64,000 bases of DNA from Octopus vulgaris. Its lineage: Eukaryota. Both the position numbers and the translations under genes were made by a program. Where the stretch lies: positions 108,872,001-108,936,000 of the forward strand of contig OX597822.1 in assembly GCA_951406725.2 (NCBI GenBank). Reading direction: 5' to 3'. Of the stretch, positions 28,074 through 40,890 are shown piece after piece; within the stretch, counting starts at the first letter, position 1; every line of letters starts with the position of its first letter. Under the pieces are notes generated by a model, which had not been told where the DNA came from, made no database searches, and saw nothing but the letters and a program-made list of their open reading frames with translations.

Positions 28074-29660
28074 ACATTACACCTGCATTATATTATATCC
28101 GAAAAGCTGGTTCACCAGTCATTAGATTATGGCTGCCATAATACAAGAGGAGCTTTCTTTGCATATTCAAAGCGTTTCCCGTAAACACATTTAAAAGATA
28201 TCTATATATATATATATATATATATATAACTATATACATTCACACACACACACACACGTATACTTATGAAATTACTTCTGCATATGTGTACGTCTGTGTA
28301 TTCGTTTTCTCTTTCTGATAGGCTATTTAGTCCTTTGTTTTATTAATTTAGACATAATTACCCTCTTCACCTTGCCAATTTTCTCTACTTTTCTTTCCCA
28401 CCTTCTTTCCATTATTTATCTCCTTTCATAATGGAACTTTCTAAACAAAATCAAATCAAATTTTCTCTTTTATTCATTACCTCTTTGTATTCGTTTGCTA
28501 AATTCTGTTTCATTCTTGCACTCACTCAGTTTTTATTTATTTATTTCCATTTAAAATCCATTTAGAAGTGTCCCTTCCCTATTACTGTTATGCAGTTTAT
28601 ACATCAATACTTTTTCTTAAAAACTCACACCTACTCTTTCCCGCCTCCCCTCTCACCTGTCAGTCCTTAATTATCCATCACAATGTGACTTGCATTTATG
28701 CTTAGTTTACTTCAGTTACAGATTGAAACCAAGAAAAGTGTTACTTTAATCTGTACCTCTCATCTAACATCTGTAAGGCACAATACAAAGCCGTACATCA
28801 CCGCTGTGAAAACCAGTAGAATGAAATGTTTTTCATTACTTTTATGAGTACTGCCATTGGTTGTAATGGCGAACCAACTCTATCATATGGAAGAATAGAT
28901 AGCTGTGACTTCTGAATTCAAATTCTTTTCTCCGCCATCGTTCTATGCCATTTGCTTTCAACAGTCAAACGTAAACAATACCAATAAAAAGTTGTTTATA
29001 TAATCATGATATTACGTATACTTCGCAAAAAAACAATAAATGGCTACATGCGACGCAAATGCTGAATATTGCCATGCCTAGCGCAGAAGCTTCTATCTTT
29101 GTTCCCTTAGATGCGTTTTATTGTTACTGTTGTTGTGATGCGGTGGCGGTGGTGGTGGTTTAGCTACATTTTAACACTATTATCAATCCACCTTTTAATG
29201 TATTATGATAACGCTATAATTTCAACGCTTACATTATCCAAAATAGATATTTTTAACATAATAAGGTACGTTATTTTACAGATATTTGTATCAGAGAAAC
29301 ATGTAGACATCTTCTAGCCACAAATGAAACAGCGACATGGACTACGTTTGAACATGACAATTAACACTCTCCACTTTCGTGGTTATTGATGCTGTCATCA
29401 TATTTTGTGTTTTCACTGGTTCTGGATATTAACGATTAACAGAAATATGCTTCGTGCTACTCGCACTGTATTTCGGAGTGATTTACGTCGGTAAAGACGC
29501 AATAATTTCGTCCTTCCTATGTCACAATATCCACACATCTAGGTTGGATTGTGCGCTGAATAATTCCCTCCTGGAGAGGGAGAAATGTTTTCTAGGGATT
29601 GATATGAATTGCACGGAACATAATGATTTGAGTGAGCGCAACTCTATTAAAAAAAACACT

Positions 29661-30081
29661 AGGCGCAGGAGTGGCTGTGTGGTAAGTAGCTTGCTAACCA
29701 ACCACATGGTTCCGGGTTCAGTCCCACAGTGTGGCATCTTGGGCAAGTGTCTTCTGCTATGGTCCCGGGCCGACCAATGTCTTGTGAGTGGATTTGGTAG
29801 ACGGAAACTGAAAGAAGCCTGTCGTATATATGTATATATATATATATATATATATGTGTTTGTGTTTGTGTGTCTGTGTGTGTGTCCCTAGCATTGCTTG
29901 ACAACCGATGCTGGTGAGTTTACGTCCCCGTCACTTAGCGGTTCGGCAAAAGAGACCGATAGGATAAGTACTGGGCTTACAAAGAATAAGTCCCGGGGTC
30001 GATTTGATCGACTAAAGGCGGTGCTCCAGCATGGCCGCAGTCAAATGACTGAAACAAGTAAAAGAGTAAAGAATAAAGAGT
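29661..30081 (+). mobile_element. SINE family C, full length (tRNA-like head, internal TA/TG microsatellite, LINE-derived tail)
   Basis: Near-identical to 33965-34423, 40503-40890 and 31621-32019(-). Confidence 0.9.
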
Positions 30082-30371
30082 AAGTGTAATGAGTCTTAAC
30101 TTCCTACAAATTCATCGGCGTGCAAAAAAGTATTAAATTACTGTTTTGATATTCGAAGTCCTTCTCTTTTGCCATATGGGAGCTTCCCTACATCCGGCAT
30201 AGGTTACATACTTATGTATGTCGTGTGTACAGATTGCGACAAGAAAAATTAACTTGTATTGTTCTCTATCGGGAAAGTAAGTATTATGCATTATCCATAA
30301 ATTGTACCATACCGTTGTGTTTCTAATTGTTTTACGCCCTTTTCTTTGATTTCTAACTCTCATAGTGCATA

Positions 30372-30667
30372 CAGTTGCGGCCAAAATGTTCAGAACGGCA
30401 TTGTTTTCGCCAGAAAAGTAGGTATAAGTTTTTATCAAAGTTGTTGTATGTCCTATAATTTTTACAGACAATAAATACGATATTAGTCGTTATTGCCTGA
30501 GAGTTTAGTGAGGATAATACAAAAGTTATGGATGATTTAGTGATTTACTGCAAAACCCATGTATTTATTGACTGTGAAAATTATAGAATATAAAACAACT
30601 TTGATAAAAACTTATACCTATTTTTCTGGCGAAGACAATGCCGTTCTGAACATTTTGGCCGCAACTG
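30372..30667. mobile_element. Tc1-type MITE, 296 bp, TIRs of about 105 bp, TA TSD
   Basis: TA|CAGTTGCGGCCAAAATGTTCAGAACGGCATTG ... CAATGCCGTTCTGAACATTTTGGCCGCAACTG|TA. Confidence 0.9.
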
Positions 30668-31620
30668 TATATATTACTTACGACACACAAGCCCGGATCA
30701 CCCATCTTATTCTAGGTATATTTCTTAAATATGACTGTATTTTGGGGTTTTTTAATCCCTCATTACGATACTAGGGGGGCGATGTAGCGCAGCACTAGCT
30801 TCTATATCGTGCAATTTGAGTATTTGCAACAAATATCCAAGCTGATGGCCTGCAGAATATCGTAATTACATTTGTACATTGCTAGTGAATTATGCATGTT
30901 GTTTACTGTAAGAAGCTTTCAATAATTATTCTGTTGTTGTGTGTGTATTCTGTAACGTGTGTTTGTGTTTGTGGTGGATTTGTTAAATGACAATCTTTTC
31001 TTTTATTCTTTTTTTACCTGCAAATGGTCTCGCTGTGATTTTTCTAACGTTGTAAATGTGTTTGTATTTTTGTTCATTTGGTGTCTGTTCTGAAATTAAT
31101 GAGTTACTGCTTAGAGACGTGTTGCTGGAGTGTCGTCATAAAATATGGCATCTACGAGTGTTGAGTAGTAAAATGTAATAATTGAAAAAGATTTACTGTA
31201 GTTAGTTGAGCAAGATGCGTAAAGATAGATTTTATTGCGATGCAACCGCTTCATTTCCGTACTATCAAGAAGACTGTTTTAACCCTCGATGTGTAGTATG
31301 GACTGAATCATCTACTAAATGCGTTCACAGGAGGTCAAGAATACCTCGTTAGGATTTTTGGTAATTACTTGGTTGGTTGATTTGGGGCAGGAAGTCTAAT
31401 ATGCATGTTTAGTATTATTTGTATCTTGAATGTTGACTCACTGTGTGATAATTCATCGCTGCAAGGGACCGGAAACTCAGTCCAATTAACGAATTAAATG
31501 TTCCTATAACTTACAACTAATTTTCCAAACCAAAGGTTTCCTCTCACCATTATTTCTATTTCACATTCTTGCCCGCTCTCCTCACATTCTCCATTTAATG
31601 TTCCGTGTTTGTACGTCATT

Positions 31621-32019
31621 ACTCTTAACTCTTTTACTTGTTTCAGTCATTTGACTGCGGCCATGCTGGAGCACCGCCTTTAATCGAGCAACTCGACCCC
31701 GGGACTTATTCTTTGTAAGCCCAGTACTTATTCCATCGGTCTCTTTTTGCCGAACCGCTAAGTGACGGGGACATAAACACACCAGCATCGGTTGTCAAGC
31801 AATGCTAGGGGGACAAACACAGACGCACAAACACGCACACACACATATATATATATACATATATACGACAGGCTTCTTTCAGTTTCCCTCTACCAAATCC
31901 ACTCACAAGGCTTTGGTCGGCCTGAGGCTATAGTAGAAGACACTTTCCCAAGATACCATGCAGTGGGACAGAACCCGGAACCATGCGGTTGGTAAAGAAG
32001 CTACTTACCACACAGCCAC
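31621..32019 (-). mobile_element. SINE family C, near full length
   Basis: Reverse complement of 29661-30081. Confidence 0.9.
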
Positions 32020-32029
32020 GGCAATGATG

Positions 32030-32253
32030 ACATTATTCAGTTTTATTTCAAGATTTCTTGCCAATATAGAATGAGCAGGTGTCTAACCTAGATCCAAAGC
32101 TCCTTCATCGGAATGTCAGCACTGACAAGGGGTTTCCTTTGGATGTATGTCATTATTCAGTTTATTTCAAGATGTCTTGCCTTTAGAGAAAGAACGCGTT
32201 TCTTACCTAAATCTAAGGTTTCTACATTGGAATTTCAATATCAACAACAGGGT
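32030..32253 (-). mobile_element. Two tandem diverged units of about 110 bp beside (TATG)n; possible Penelope-like termini
   Basis: CATTATTCAGTTT(T)ATTTCAAGAT..CTTGCC occurs at 32031 and 32151. Minus strand shows CCGATGA (unit 1) and GAAA-CGCG-TTC (unit 2). Confidence 0.45.
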
Positions 32254-32636
32254 ATGTATGTATGTATGTATGTATGTATGTATGTATGTATGTATGTATG
32301 TATGTGTGTATGTATGTGTGTATGTGTGTATGTATGTATGTATGTATGTATGTATGTATGTATGTGATAGGTATGTATGTATGTATGTATGTGATAGGTA
32401 TGTATGTATGTATGTATGTATGTGTGTATGTATGTATGTATGTATGTATGTATGTATGTATGTGTGTGTGTATGTTTGTATGTATATATGTATGTATGTA
32501 TGCGTGTATGTATGTATGTATGTATGTATGTATGTGATAGGTATGTATGTATGTATGTATGTATTTATGTATGTATGTATGTATGTATGTGATAGGTATG
32601 TATGTATGTATGTATGTACGTATGTTTGTATGTATG
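32253..32636. repeat. (TATG)n microsatellite with recurring GTGATAGG interruptions
   Basis: Direct reading. Confidence 0.95.
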
Positions 32637-33667
32637 AACACATCGAGTTCTATCTTACAAATGTTGCTTTTATTAAACTGCCGTGACATAATTTGTCCTA
32701 TCTTTTCGGTATATTGTTCTAATTTTCTTTCTCACATTCTGTCTCTGTCTGTGTATCTTTCTGTCTTTCCCCGCTCTCGCTTTCCCCTTCCTTCTCGAAA
32801 GAATTACATGATAAAAGATTGTGGGTTTTGCAAAGACTTCAAGAACCGGTATGGTATATAAAGAGACACAGATCACATGGATCATGTATACATCTTTCTA
32901 TTATAGAGAGCGGTCTTAAATCTTGGGGATGGAGGTTGGCCGATTACATCACCCTCAGTACTTATTTTATTGACAAAGAAGGGGTGAATGGCAGTGATGA
33001 CATCGGCATAATTTCAACTCAGGGCGAAAACCCGACGAATTGCCGCGATGCATACTATAACATCATTTCCTTCATTTGTTGTTTCCACTTTCACTTCTAA
33101 GTATTTTTCGACATCCGGATCCCAGCAAAGACAAGTACCGTAAATCCTTGAGTACAGTCCGCCCTTGAATATAATACGCATGCGATTTTTCGGGGTTGGA
33201 CCTCCGAAAAACCTAAACCTTGTATATAATACGCACCCGTTCGCAAAATTGCGTCAAGGAGGGCTATATAACGTCCTTGGTTTGTAAAAATGTATACGGT
33301 AACGTCCTTTATTATTATTATTGTATATATAACATAATGCAAAAGTGTAGCTTTTTGTCCACTTTGTTTGCAGAAAATAAAGAAATAACAGTAATAACGT
33401 TTATTACACACATGTGAGTGAGAACACTTTGAGATATTTTTGGTATCTAACATATGTCAGATACTGCGAGCGCTGCTTCTGATTTGTCAATCCATGGTGA
33501 TGACCCGAGGTCACGGTGACAGCGCTGCTTCTCATTGGTCAATCCATGGTGATGACCCGAGGTCACGGTGACGGCACTACTTTTGTCATTCAAAGGTAAA
33601 ACTAAACGTGAAGAATTTAGTTATCGGGTTAATAAAATATGGTCGTTTATTCGTGTGTAATAACTAA

Positions 33668-33811
33668 AATACCAAACTCATTCCCTATGGATACCGTATT
33701 TATTACATGTCGTGGCTTGTAAACGTATCTAACTAGCTTTCGCTCGTTAGATACGTTTACAACCCACTCGTTGTAATAAATACAGTATCCATAGGGAACT
33801 CGTTTTGTATT
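33668..33811. repeat. Long imperfect palindrome (foldback) with TTTC loop
   Basis: TTCCCTATGGATACCGTATTTATTACA...TTGTAAACGTATCTAAC pairs with GTTAGATACGTTTACAA...TGTAATAAATACAGTATCCATAGGGAA. Confidence 0.85.
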
Positions 33812-33964
33812 CTCTATTTAATAAATGTTGCTTACTGCAAATTATGGATGATTTAAGGTACTTTCGCTCCCGACATCACAAAATGCGTCTGAATAAACGT
33901 TGCCGGACAGCAAATGGAGACTCGGACATTGCTTAGAAAATAATTTTCATTTTTAACGTCGTAT

Positions 33965-34130
33965 AGGCGCAGGAGTGGCTGTGTGGTAAGTAGCTTGCTA
34001 ACCAACCACATGGTTCCGGGTTCAGTCCCACTGCGTGGCATCTTGGGCAAGTGTATTCTGCTTTAGCCTCAGGCCGACCAATGCCTTGTGAGTGGATTTG
34101 GTAGAGGGAAACTGAAAGAAGCCTGTCGTA

Positions 34131-34203
<73 letters not shown>

Positions 34204-34423
34204 GTTTGTGTGTGTTTGTTTGTCCCCCTAGCATTGCTTGACAACCGATGCTGGTGTGTTTACGTCCCCGTCACTGAGCGGTTCGGCAAAAGAGACCGAT
34301 AGAATAAGTACTGGGCTTAAAAAGAATAAGTCCCGGGGTCGAATTGCTCGACTAAAGGCGGTGCTCCAGCATGGCCGCAGTCAAATGACTGAAACAAGTA
34401 AAAGAGTAAAGAGTAAAAAGAGT
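33965..34423 (+). mobile_element. SINE family C, full length, nested in the Tc2-like element
   Basis: Near-identical to 29661-30081. Confidence 0.9.
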
Positions 34424-34619
34424 ATATAGTACGCACTAGGGATTTTGACCTTTAAATTTTTTGGGGAAAAAAGGCGGATTATACTCAAGGACTTACGGTA
34501 TTCCTGCATCTGCCTTCTTCGCTGTTAACGGACAGCGATTAGAAAATCAAATCTTTCTCTTCATTTTATTCTTCGTCTATACAAGTTCATCTGCTGTTAT
34601 TTTGCCTCACTCTTTCTCT

Positions 34620-36055
34620 CTCTTTTACTGTTTTACTTGTTTCAATTATTTGACTGCGACCATGCTGGAGCACCGCCTTTAGTCGAGCAAATCGACGCGG
34701 TACTTATTCATTGTAAGCCTAATACTTATTCCATCGTTCTCTTTTGCCGAACCGCTATGTGACGGGGACATAAACACACCTAGCAATGCTAGGGGGGGGG
34801 GAAAGACAGACACACAGACGTACACACACACACATACACACACACACACACACATGCAACGACACTTGGCACAGTTATTAGTCTTTTCCTACATAGGAAC
34901 TACCCAGAGTAGCAGATACAGCTCTGGAGACCGTTTTGTAGAAGACCTCAGCTTGGTCCTCCAACCACTACGTGACTTCAGAAATCAAGGCTGCATCATC
35001 TGGGAAACGCTTTCCTTTCAAAATCAACTTCATGGCTGGGAAGAGGTGAAAATCAGAGGGTGCAAGGGAAGGAGTTCATAGCTGCACGCCTGTGCTTCTG
35101 ATCTGGCGACAAACGAATTGTGGACCGGAGTGTTGTCCTGCAGGAGGAGGATGCCTTTGCTGATCTTGCCCCGCCTCTTGATTTTGATAGCTTCTCTTAA
35201 TTTCCTCAAAAGTGAAGCATAATAGGCTCCTGTAATTGTGGTATCCTTTGCCAGGAAATCTGTCATCACTACTCCGTCCTGGTCCCAGAAGACTGTGAGC
35301 ATAACCTTGTCATCGGAGGGTTGCACTCTTGCCTTCTTTGGAGGAGGTGAGTCACGGTGCTTTCACTGCATTGACTGGGCTTTGGTCTATGGATCATATT
35401 GATGGACCCAGGTTTTATCCTGTGTGATCAGTCTTTTGAAAAATTTTGACTCATCTTCTTGGCACATCTCCAAATTCATCCTCGAGCACTCAACGCGTTC
35501 TTGCTTCTGGAAAGGTGTGAGCAACCTGGAAATTCATCTGGCAGACACCTTTTGCATATGCAAATGATCATGAATGATAGTTTCCACAGACCCGGTACTA
35601 ATCTTGACCTTATGGGCTATTTGGCGAATAGTTATGCGTTGACCTTCCAAAATGGCAGCCTCAAGTTGACGGACAGACGTCTCATCAACGGCAGAAGGGG
35701 GCGACCAGATCTGGGAGCTGTTTCCACAGAGTTCCGACTATGTTTCAATTCACAATGCCAGCATTTTACAAGGTCATATGATGGGGCATCATCACCATAA
35801 GTTACTTTCATTTCATCAAAAGTCTCCCGTGGTGTGCGTCCTTTCAAAAAGAAAAACCAGATCACTGCTCGACACTCAACAGGCTCCATTTCACACTTGA
35901 CTCAGTTCAAACACCTGTAAATCTGAAACCACAATTAGTTCAGAGCTGTAATTCGCCCCTTAATCTATAGAGGTATAAATAAGTGTACATGCAAAATTTC
36001 AGCTAGATCAAACAACTGCAAGTGGGTCAGGGGCATTACTTATTGAACGCCCCTC

Positions 36056-36147
<92 letters not shown>

Positions 36148-36313
36148 TTATACGACGAGCTTCCTTCAGTTTCCGCCTGCCAAGTCCACTCACAAGGCTT
36201 TTGGCGGCTCGAGGCTATAGTAGAAGACATTTCCCCAAGATTCCACGCAGTTGGACGGAACCCGAAACCATGTGGTTGGTAAGCAAGCTACCTAACACAC
36301 CAGCACTCCTGCG
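34620..36313 (-). mobile_element. SINE family C split in two (3' half 34620-34800, 5' half 36150-36313) by a mariner
   Basis: The halves are collinear, same strand, and flank the mariner at the SINE's internal microsatellite. Confidence 0.75.
34865..36056 (-). mobile_element. Mariner (DD34D-type) transposon, transposase pseudogene, 3' TIR lost
   Basis: 5' end TA|CGAGGGGCGTTCAATAAG. MEPVECRAVIWFFFLKG..YGDDAPSY..APRSGRP; KVMLTVFWDQDGVV..RRGKISKGILLLQDNTPVH; SDFHLFPAMK. Frameshifted. Confidence 0.9.
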
Positions 36314-36596
36314 TCTTGTTTATTTTATGCGCATATGCAGGTTTGTCTATGTCTTACTAACGAAGACATACATACACAAAGCATTCATACATACGTACAT
36401 ACATACATGCATATATAGATATATGCATACATACACACATACATACATACATACATACATACATACATACATACTTAGAGACAGACATATATACATACAT
36501 ATATCATACGCACATACATATTTGTATATAATTTCAAGTGCATTAATTCTATTGATTCTGAACAAACATATCGGTTTGTTGTTAACGCCACAAGAG

Positions 36597-36734
36597 TAGC
36601 CATATTTCCTAAGATGTGGAGCTGATAGCAATCCGTTGAGTTTATAAGGGGACTGTTTTGTTTGTTCTGTCTCAACCGTTTCCTTCTTTTCTGCTAATTT
36701 ATTCCACTCATGATACCATCTTACACCTCCCAGT
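36597..36734 (+). repeat. Dispersed 138-bp duplication, copy 1 (copy 2 at 42226-42363)
   Basis: Identical terminal blocks TAGCCATATTTCCTAAGATGTGGAGCTGATAGCAATCC and ATTCCACTCATGATACCATCTTACACCTCCCAGT. Confidence 0.9.
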
Positions 36735-36755
36735 ACTCGGTATGCACACACATAC

Positions 36756-36818
<63 letters not shown>

Positions 36819-36869
36819 CACACACACATACACTTACGCACTATCACTCACACCCATACATACATACGT

Positions 36870-37250
36870 GGAGGCGCAATGGCCCAGTGGTTAGGGCAGC
36901 GGACTCGTGGTCGTAGGATCGCGGTTTCGATTCCCAGACCGATCTTTCTTAGTGTTTATTGAGCGAAAACACCTAAAGTTCCACGAGGCTCCGGCAGGGG
37001 ATGGTGGTGATCCCTGCTGTACTCTTTCACCACAACTTTCTCTCACTCTTACTTCCTGTTTCTGTTGTACCTGTATTTCAAAGGGCCGGCCTTGTCAAAC
37101 TCTGTGTCATGCTGAATATCCCCGAGAACTACGTTAAGGGTACACGTGTCTGTGGAGTGCTCAGCCACTTACACGTTAATTTCACGAGTAGGCTGTTCCG
37201 TTGATCGGATCAACCGGAACCCTCGTCGTCGTAACCGACGGAGTGCTTCC
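36870..37250 (+). mobile_element. SINE family B, full length
   Basis: A-box TGGCCCAGTGG, B-box-like GTTTCGATTCC, 3' end CGTCGTCGTAACCGACGGAGTGCTTCC. Confidence 0.9.
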
Positions 37251-37372
37251 ACACACATACATACACACATTCACACACATACATACACACACACACATAC
37301 TTTAACGAAGGCAGCTATAAGCCATATAAAAAGGAAAAGGGAACATTTATTTGCCAGTAATTCTGAGTGATG

Positions 37373-37780
37373 GTGCAGAGTATCATCTACAATGCTAGAA
37401 ATAGGAGCTAAAACCCTAGGGACGCAAAGACGCAAATATCTATGTAGTTACCCCACAGTGTACAACATCATCATACTGGTCTCGTCAGTAACTACGTCAT
37501 TGCTTTGACACCTCCATTATCTTATAATTCGCACGTTAACATTTTGCTAAATCAGCCATTGTTTCATATGGTAAATATTATACAGTGACAATAGGAGCTA
37601 AGCAAACTATCCAGCGATTGAGTAGTCATAACTGATGAGCTTATAATTCGAAGCGAAACTATTTATGAAACCTGTCACTGTGGGGCAATTATCTCTCTTG
37701 TCAGGAGATATACATGTGCCTCTTTGACGCTATAAGGGCTTTTAGCTCTTATTTCTAGCTATGTAGGTGCAACCTTGCAC
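37373..37780. mobile_element. Inverted-repeat element containing a hammerhead core
   Basis: GCTAGAAATAGGAGCTAAAA pairs with TTTTAGCTCTTATTTCTAGC and CCCCACAGTG with CACTGTGGGG; hammerhead-like motif at 37626-37668. Confidence 0.55.
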
Positions 37781-37819
37781 CGTTGTCGCAATTAGTGATA
37801 ACTGAATTTTCCCTTTATG

Positions 37820-38680
<861 letters not shown>

Positions 38681-38773
38681 TATTAAGTATTTCACTTCAA
38701 TTCTGGCTGCAGAATATTTCAAAGCTTTTGTCTTCCGGCGTAGTCTGAGGTAACCGCACCAATATTTCTATAT

Positions 38774-39172
38774 TAAGGCGGTGAGCTGGCAGAAACGCTA
38801 GCACGCCGGGCGAAATGCCTAGAGGTATTTCGTCTGCTGCTACGTTTTGAGTTCAAATTCCGCCGAGGTCGACTTTGCCTTTCATCATTTCGGTGTCAAT
38901 AAAATAAGTACCAGCTACGCACTGGGGTCGATATAATCGACCTAATCCGTTTGTCTGTCCTTGTTTGTCCTCCTTGTGTTTAGCCCCTTGTGGTAAGTAA
39001 AAAGATAGGTATTTCGTCTGCCGTACGTTCTGAGTTCACATTCAGGTTAGGTCGACTTTGCCTTTCAACATTTCGGGGTCGATAAATTCAGTACCAGTTA
39101 TGCACTGGTGTCGATCTAATAGACTGACTCCGTCCCCAGATATTTCGGGCCTTGTGCCTAGAGTAGAAAATT
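38774..39172 (+). mobile_element. SINE family A dimer (full unit with Tx1-like tail, then 5'-truncated unit with standard tail)
   Basis: The core GTCGACTTTGCCTTTCA occurs twice; junction AAAGATAG|GTATTTCGTCTG at about 39008. Confidence 0.85.
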
Positions 39173-39291
39173 ATTTCTACATAAAAAAAACTATCACGTG
39201 GGTAGCCGATCAACCTGAAACTCACAGCTGCTAGTCTCACCCCAAACCATATCTTAATGTCGTAAAAAGACGGAAAAATACAGAGTGTATA

Positions 39292-39806
39292 TCTATATAT
39301 ATAAAACTGTAGTTGTGTGAGTGTCTGTCCCCTTCGATTTAGATTCCTAACTACTCCCACATTTTGCGGTGCAGTTTAACCAAATTCGGTTATCTTATAG
39401 TCGTGATTCATATCGAGCCCGTCTGAGTATTAGCGCGCGTCTACGATGAGTCTACGATTTTAAAAATAATTTAACATCATTTTTTATTCCATTTTAATGC
39501 ATAATTTTTCGTGTGTCAATGGCGGCGGAGTTGGCGTCCACGCTCAAACACCTGCACCTGTTTGCTTCTCCCCCTTCTTCCCTCCCTCGTGAAGCTGTAG
39601 GGAAGGGAGTGTAAGGAAATCAACGTCGTAAAGCGTTGTCAAGGAGACCAGCGTTCTTTTAGAACAACGACTTCATGGCTTGAAGACACCAAAACAGAAA
39701 TGGCTAAGAAAGCCCGAATTGGCATCTATAAGGGAAGTAACTCTCTAAAAATGCTTATATAGTTATTTCCCTTACAAACCCGAGCAACGCCGGGCGATAT
39801 TGCTAG
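39292..39806 (+). mobile_element. Intact non-autonomous Helitron, 515 bp
   Basis: A|TC 5' end (TCTATATATATAAAA), subterminal hairpin CCCGAGCAACGCCGGG (39779-39794), CTAG|T 3' end, no TSD. Confidence 0.85.
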
Positions 39807-40200
39807 TATATAATGTAATTATAAACCCAAAATATATGAATAACGCACAGTTTGATTCCGACTGGTAAAACTCCGGTATGGCATCTGAGAATTGTCACCA
39901 CTCCATCATGGTGGTCAGTATTTACATTACAGCTTTCACATACGTCCTGGTCTTCCTTCCGAAGCTGTCACTTCACCATCACTTTGTAAAACCCTGCTGT
40001 ATTATTATTATTTACTTCTTCATTTTCCTTTCTCTCAAACAGTCAGAATCGGCCGGATTAACACATAAACGCTAAAGAAACTACAGAAGCAACATCGTTA
40101 GTGAGACAGTCAAATCGCCTCCAAGGTGAAGTGGGTAAATCTCCTTCTTAATATACCTTATTGCCAGATTAAAAATGGCATCGCATAACGAAGTGATGTG

Positions 40201-40250
<50 letters not shown>

Positions 40251-40251
<1 letters not shown>

Positions 40252-40472
40252 TTTATTTTAAGCAGCAGAAAATTCAACAAAATCTGTTACTCTGAGTTTC
40301 TCGTTGCCGTTCATCAGACAGTTTTTGCTAAAACTGTCTGATTAACGGCAACGAGAAACTCAGAGTAACAGATTTTGTTGAATTTTCTGCTGCTTAAAAT
40401 AAAGCATATTACTCTACCACTGGTATTTGAGTACTCTTTTTCCACCTTGTTTCACATTTATGTGTTTACTCC

Positions 40473-40474
<2 letters not shown>
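40251..40474. mobile_element. Penelope-like inverted terminus: 75-bp hairpin (40251-40404) with hammerhead motif, inside (TA)n
   Basis: Arms match 74/75 around loop TGCT. Minus strand 40284-40321 reads CTGT-CTGATGA-ACGGCAACGA-GAAA-CTCAGAG-TA-ACAG. Confidence 0.7.
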
Positions 40475-40502
<28 letters not shown>

Positions 40503-40506
<4 letters not shown>

Positions 40507-40890
40507 CGCAGAAGTGGCTGTGTGGTAATTAGCTTGCTAACCAACCACATGGTTCTCGGTTCAGTCGCACTGCGTGGCATCTTGGGCAAGTGTCTTCTAC
40601 TATAGCCCCGGGCCGACCAATGCCTTGTGAGTGGATTTGGTAGACGGAAACTGAAAGAAGCCTGTCGTATATATGTCGTATGTGTGTGTGTGTTTGTGTG
40701 TCTGTGTTTGTCCCCCTAGCATTGCTTGACAACCGATGCTGGTGTGTTTACGTCCCCGTCACTGATACAATAAGTACTGGGCTTACAAAGAATAAGTCCC
40801 GGGGTCGATTTGCTCGACTAGAGGCGGTGCTCCAGCATGGCCACAGTCAAATGACTAAAACAAGTAAAAGAGATAAAAGAGAAAGAGATA
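40503..40890 (+). mobile_element. SINE family C with a short internal deletion
   Basis: Matches 29661-30081 but lacks TAGCGGTTCGGCAAAAGAGACC. Confidence 0.9.

Larger units (their letters stand above)
33138..34498. mobile_element. Non-autonomous Tc2/pogo-like DNA transposon (CCGTA termini, TA TSD) carrying nested inserts
   Basis: TA|CCGTAAATCCTTGAGTACAGTCCGCC ... GGCGGATTATACTCAAGGACTTACGG|TA. Confidence 0.85.
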
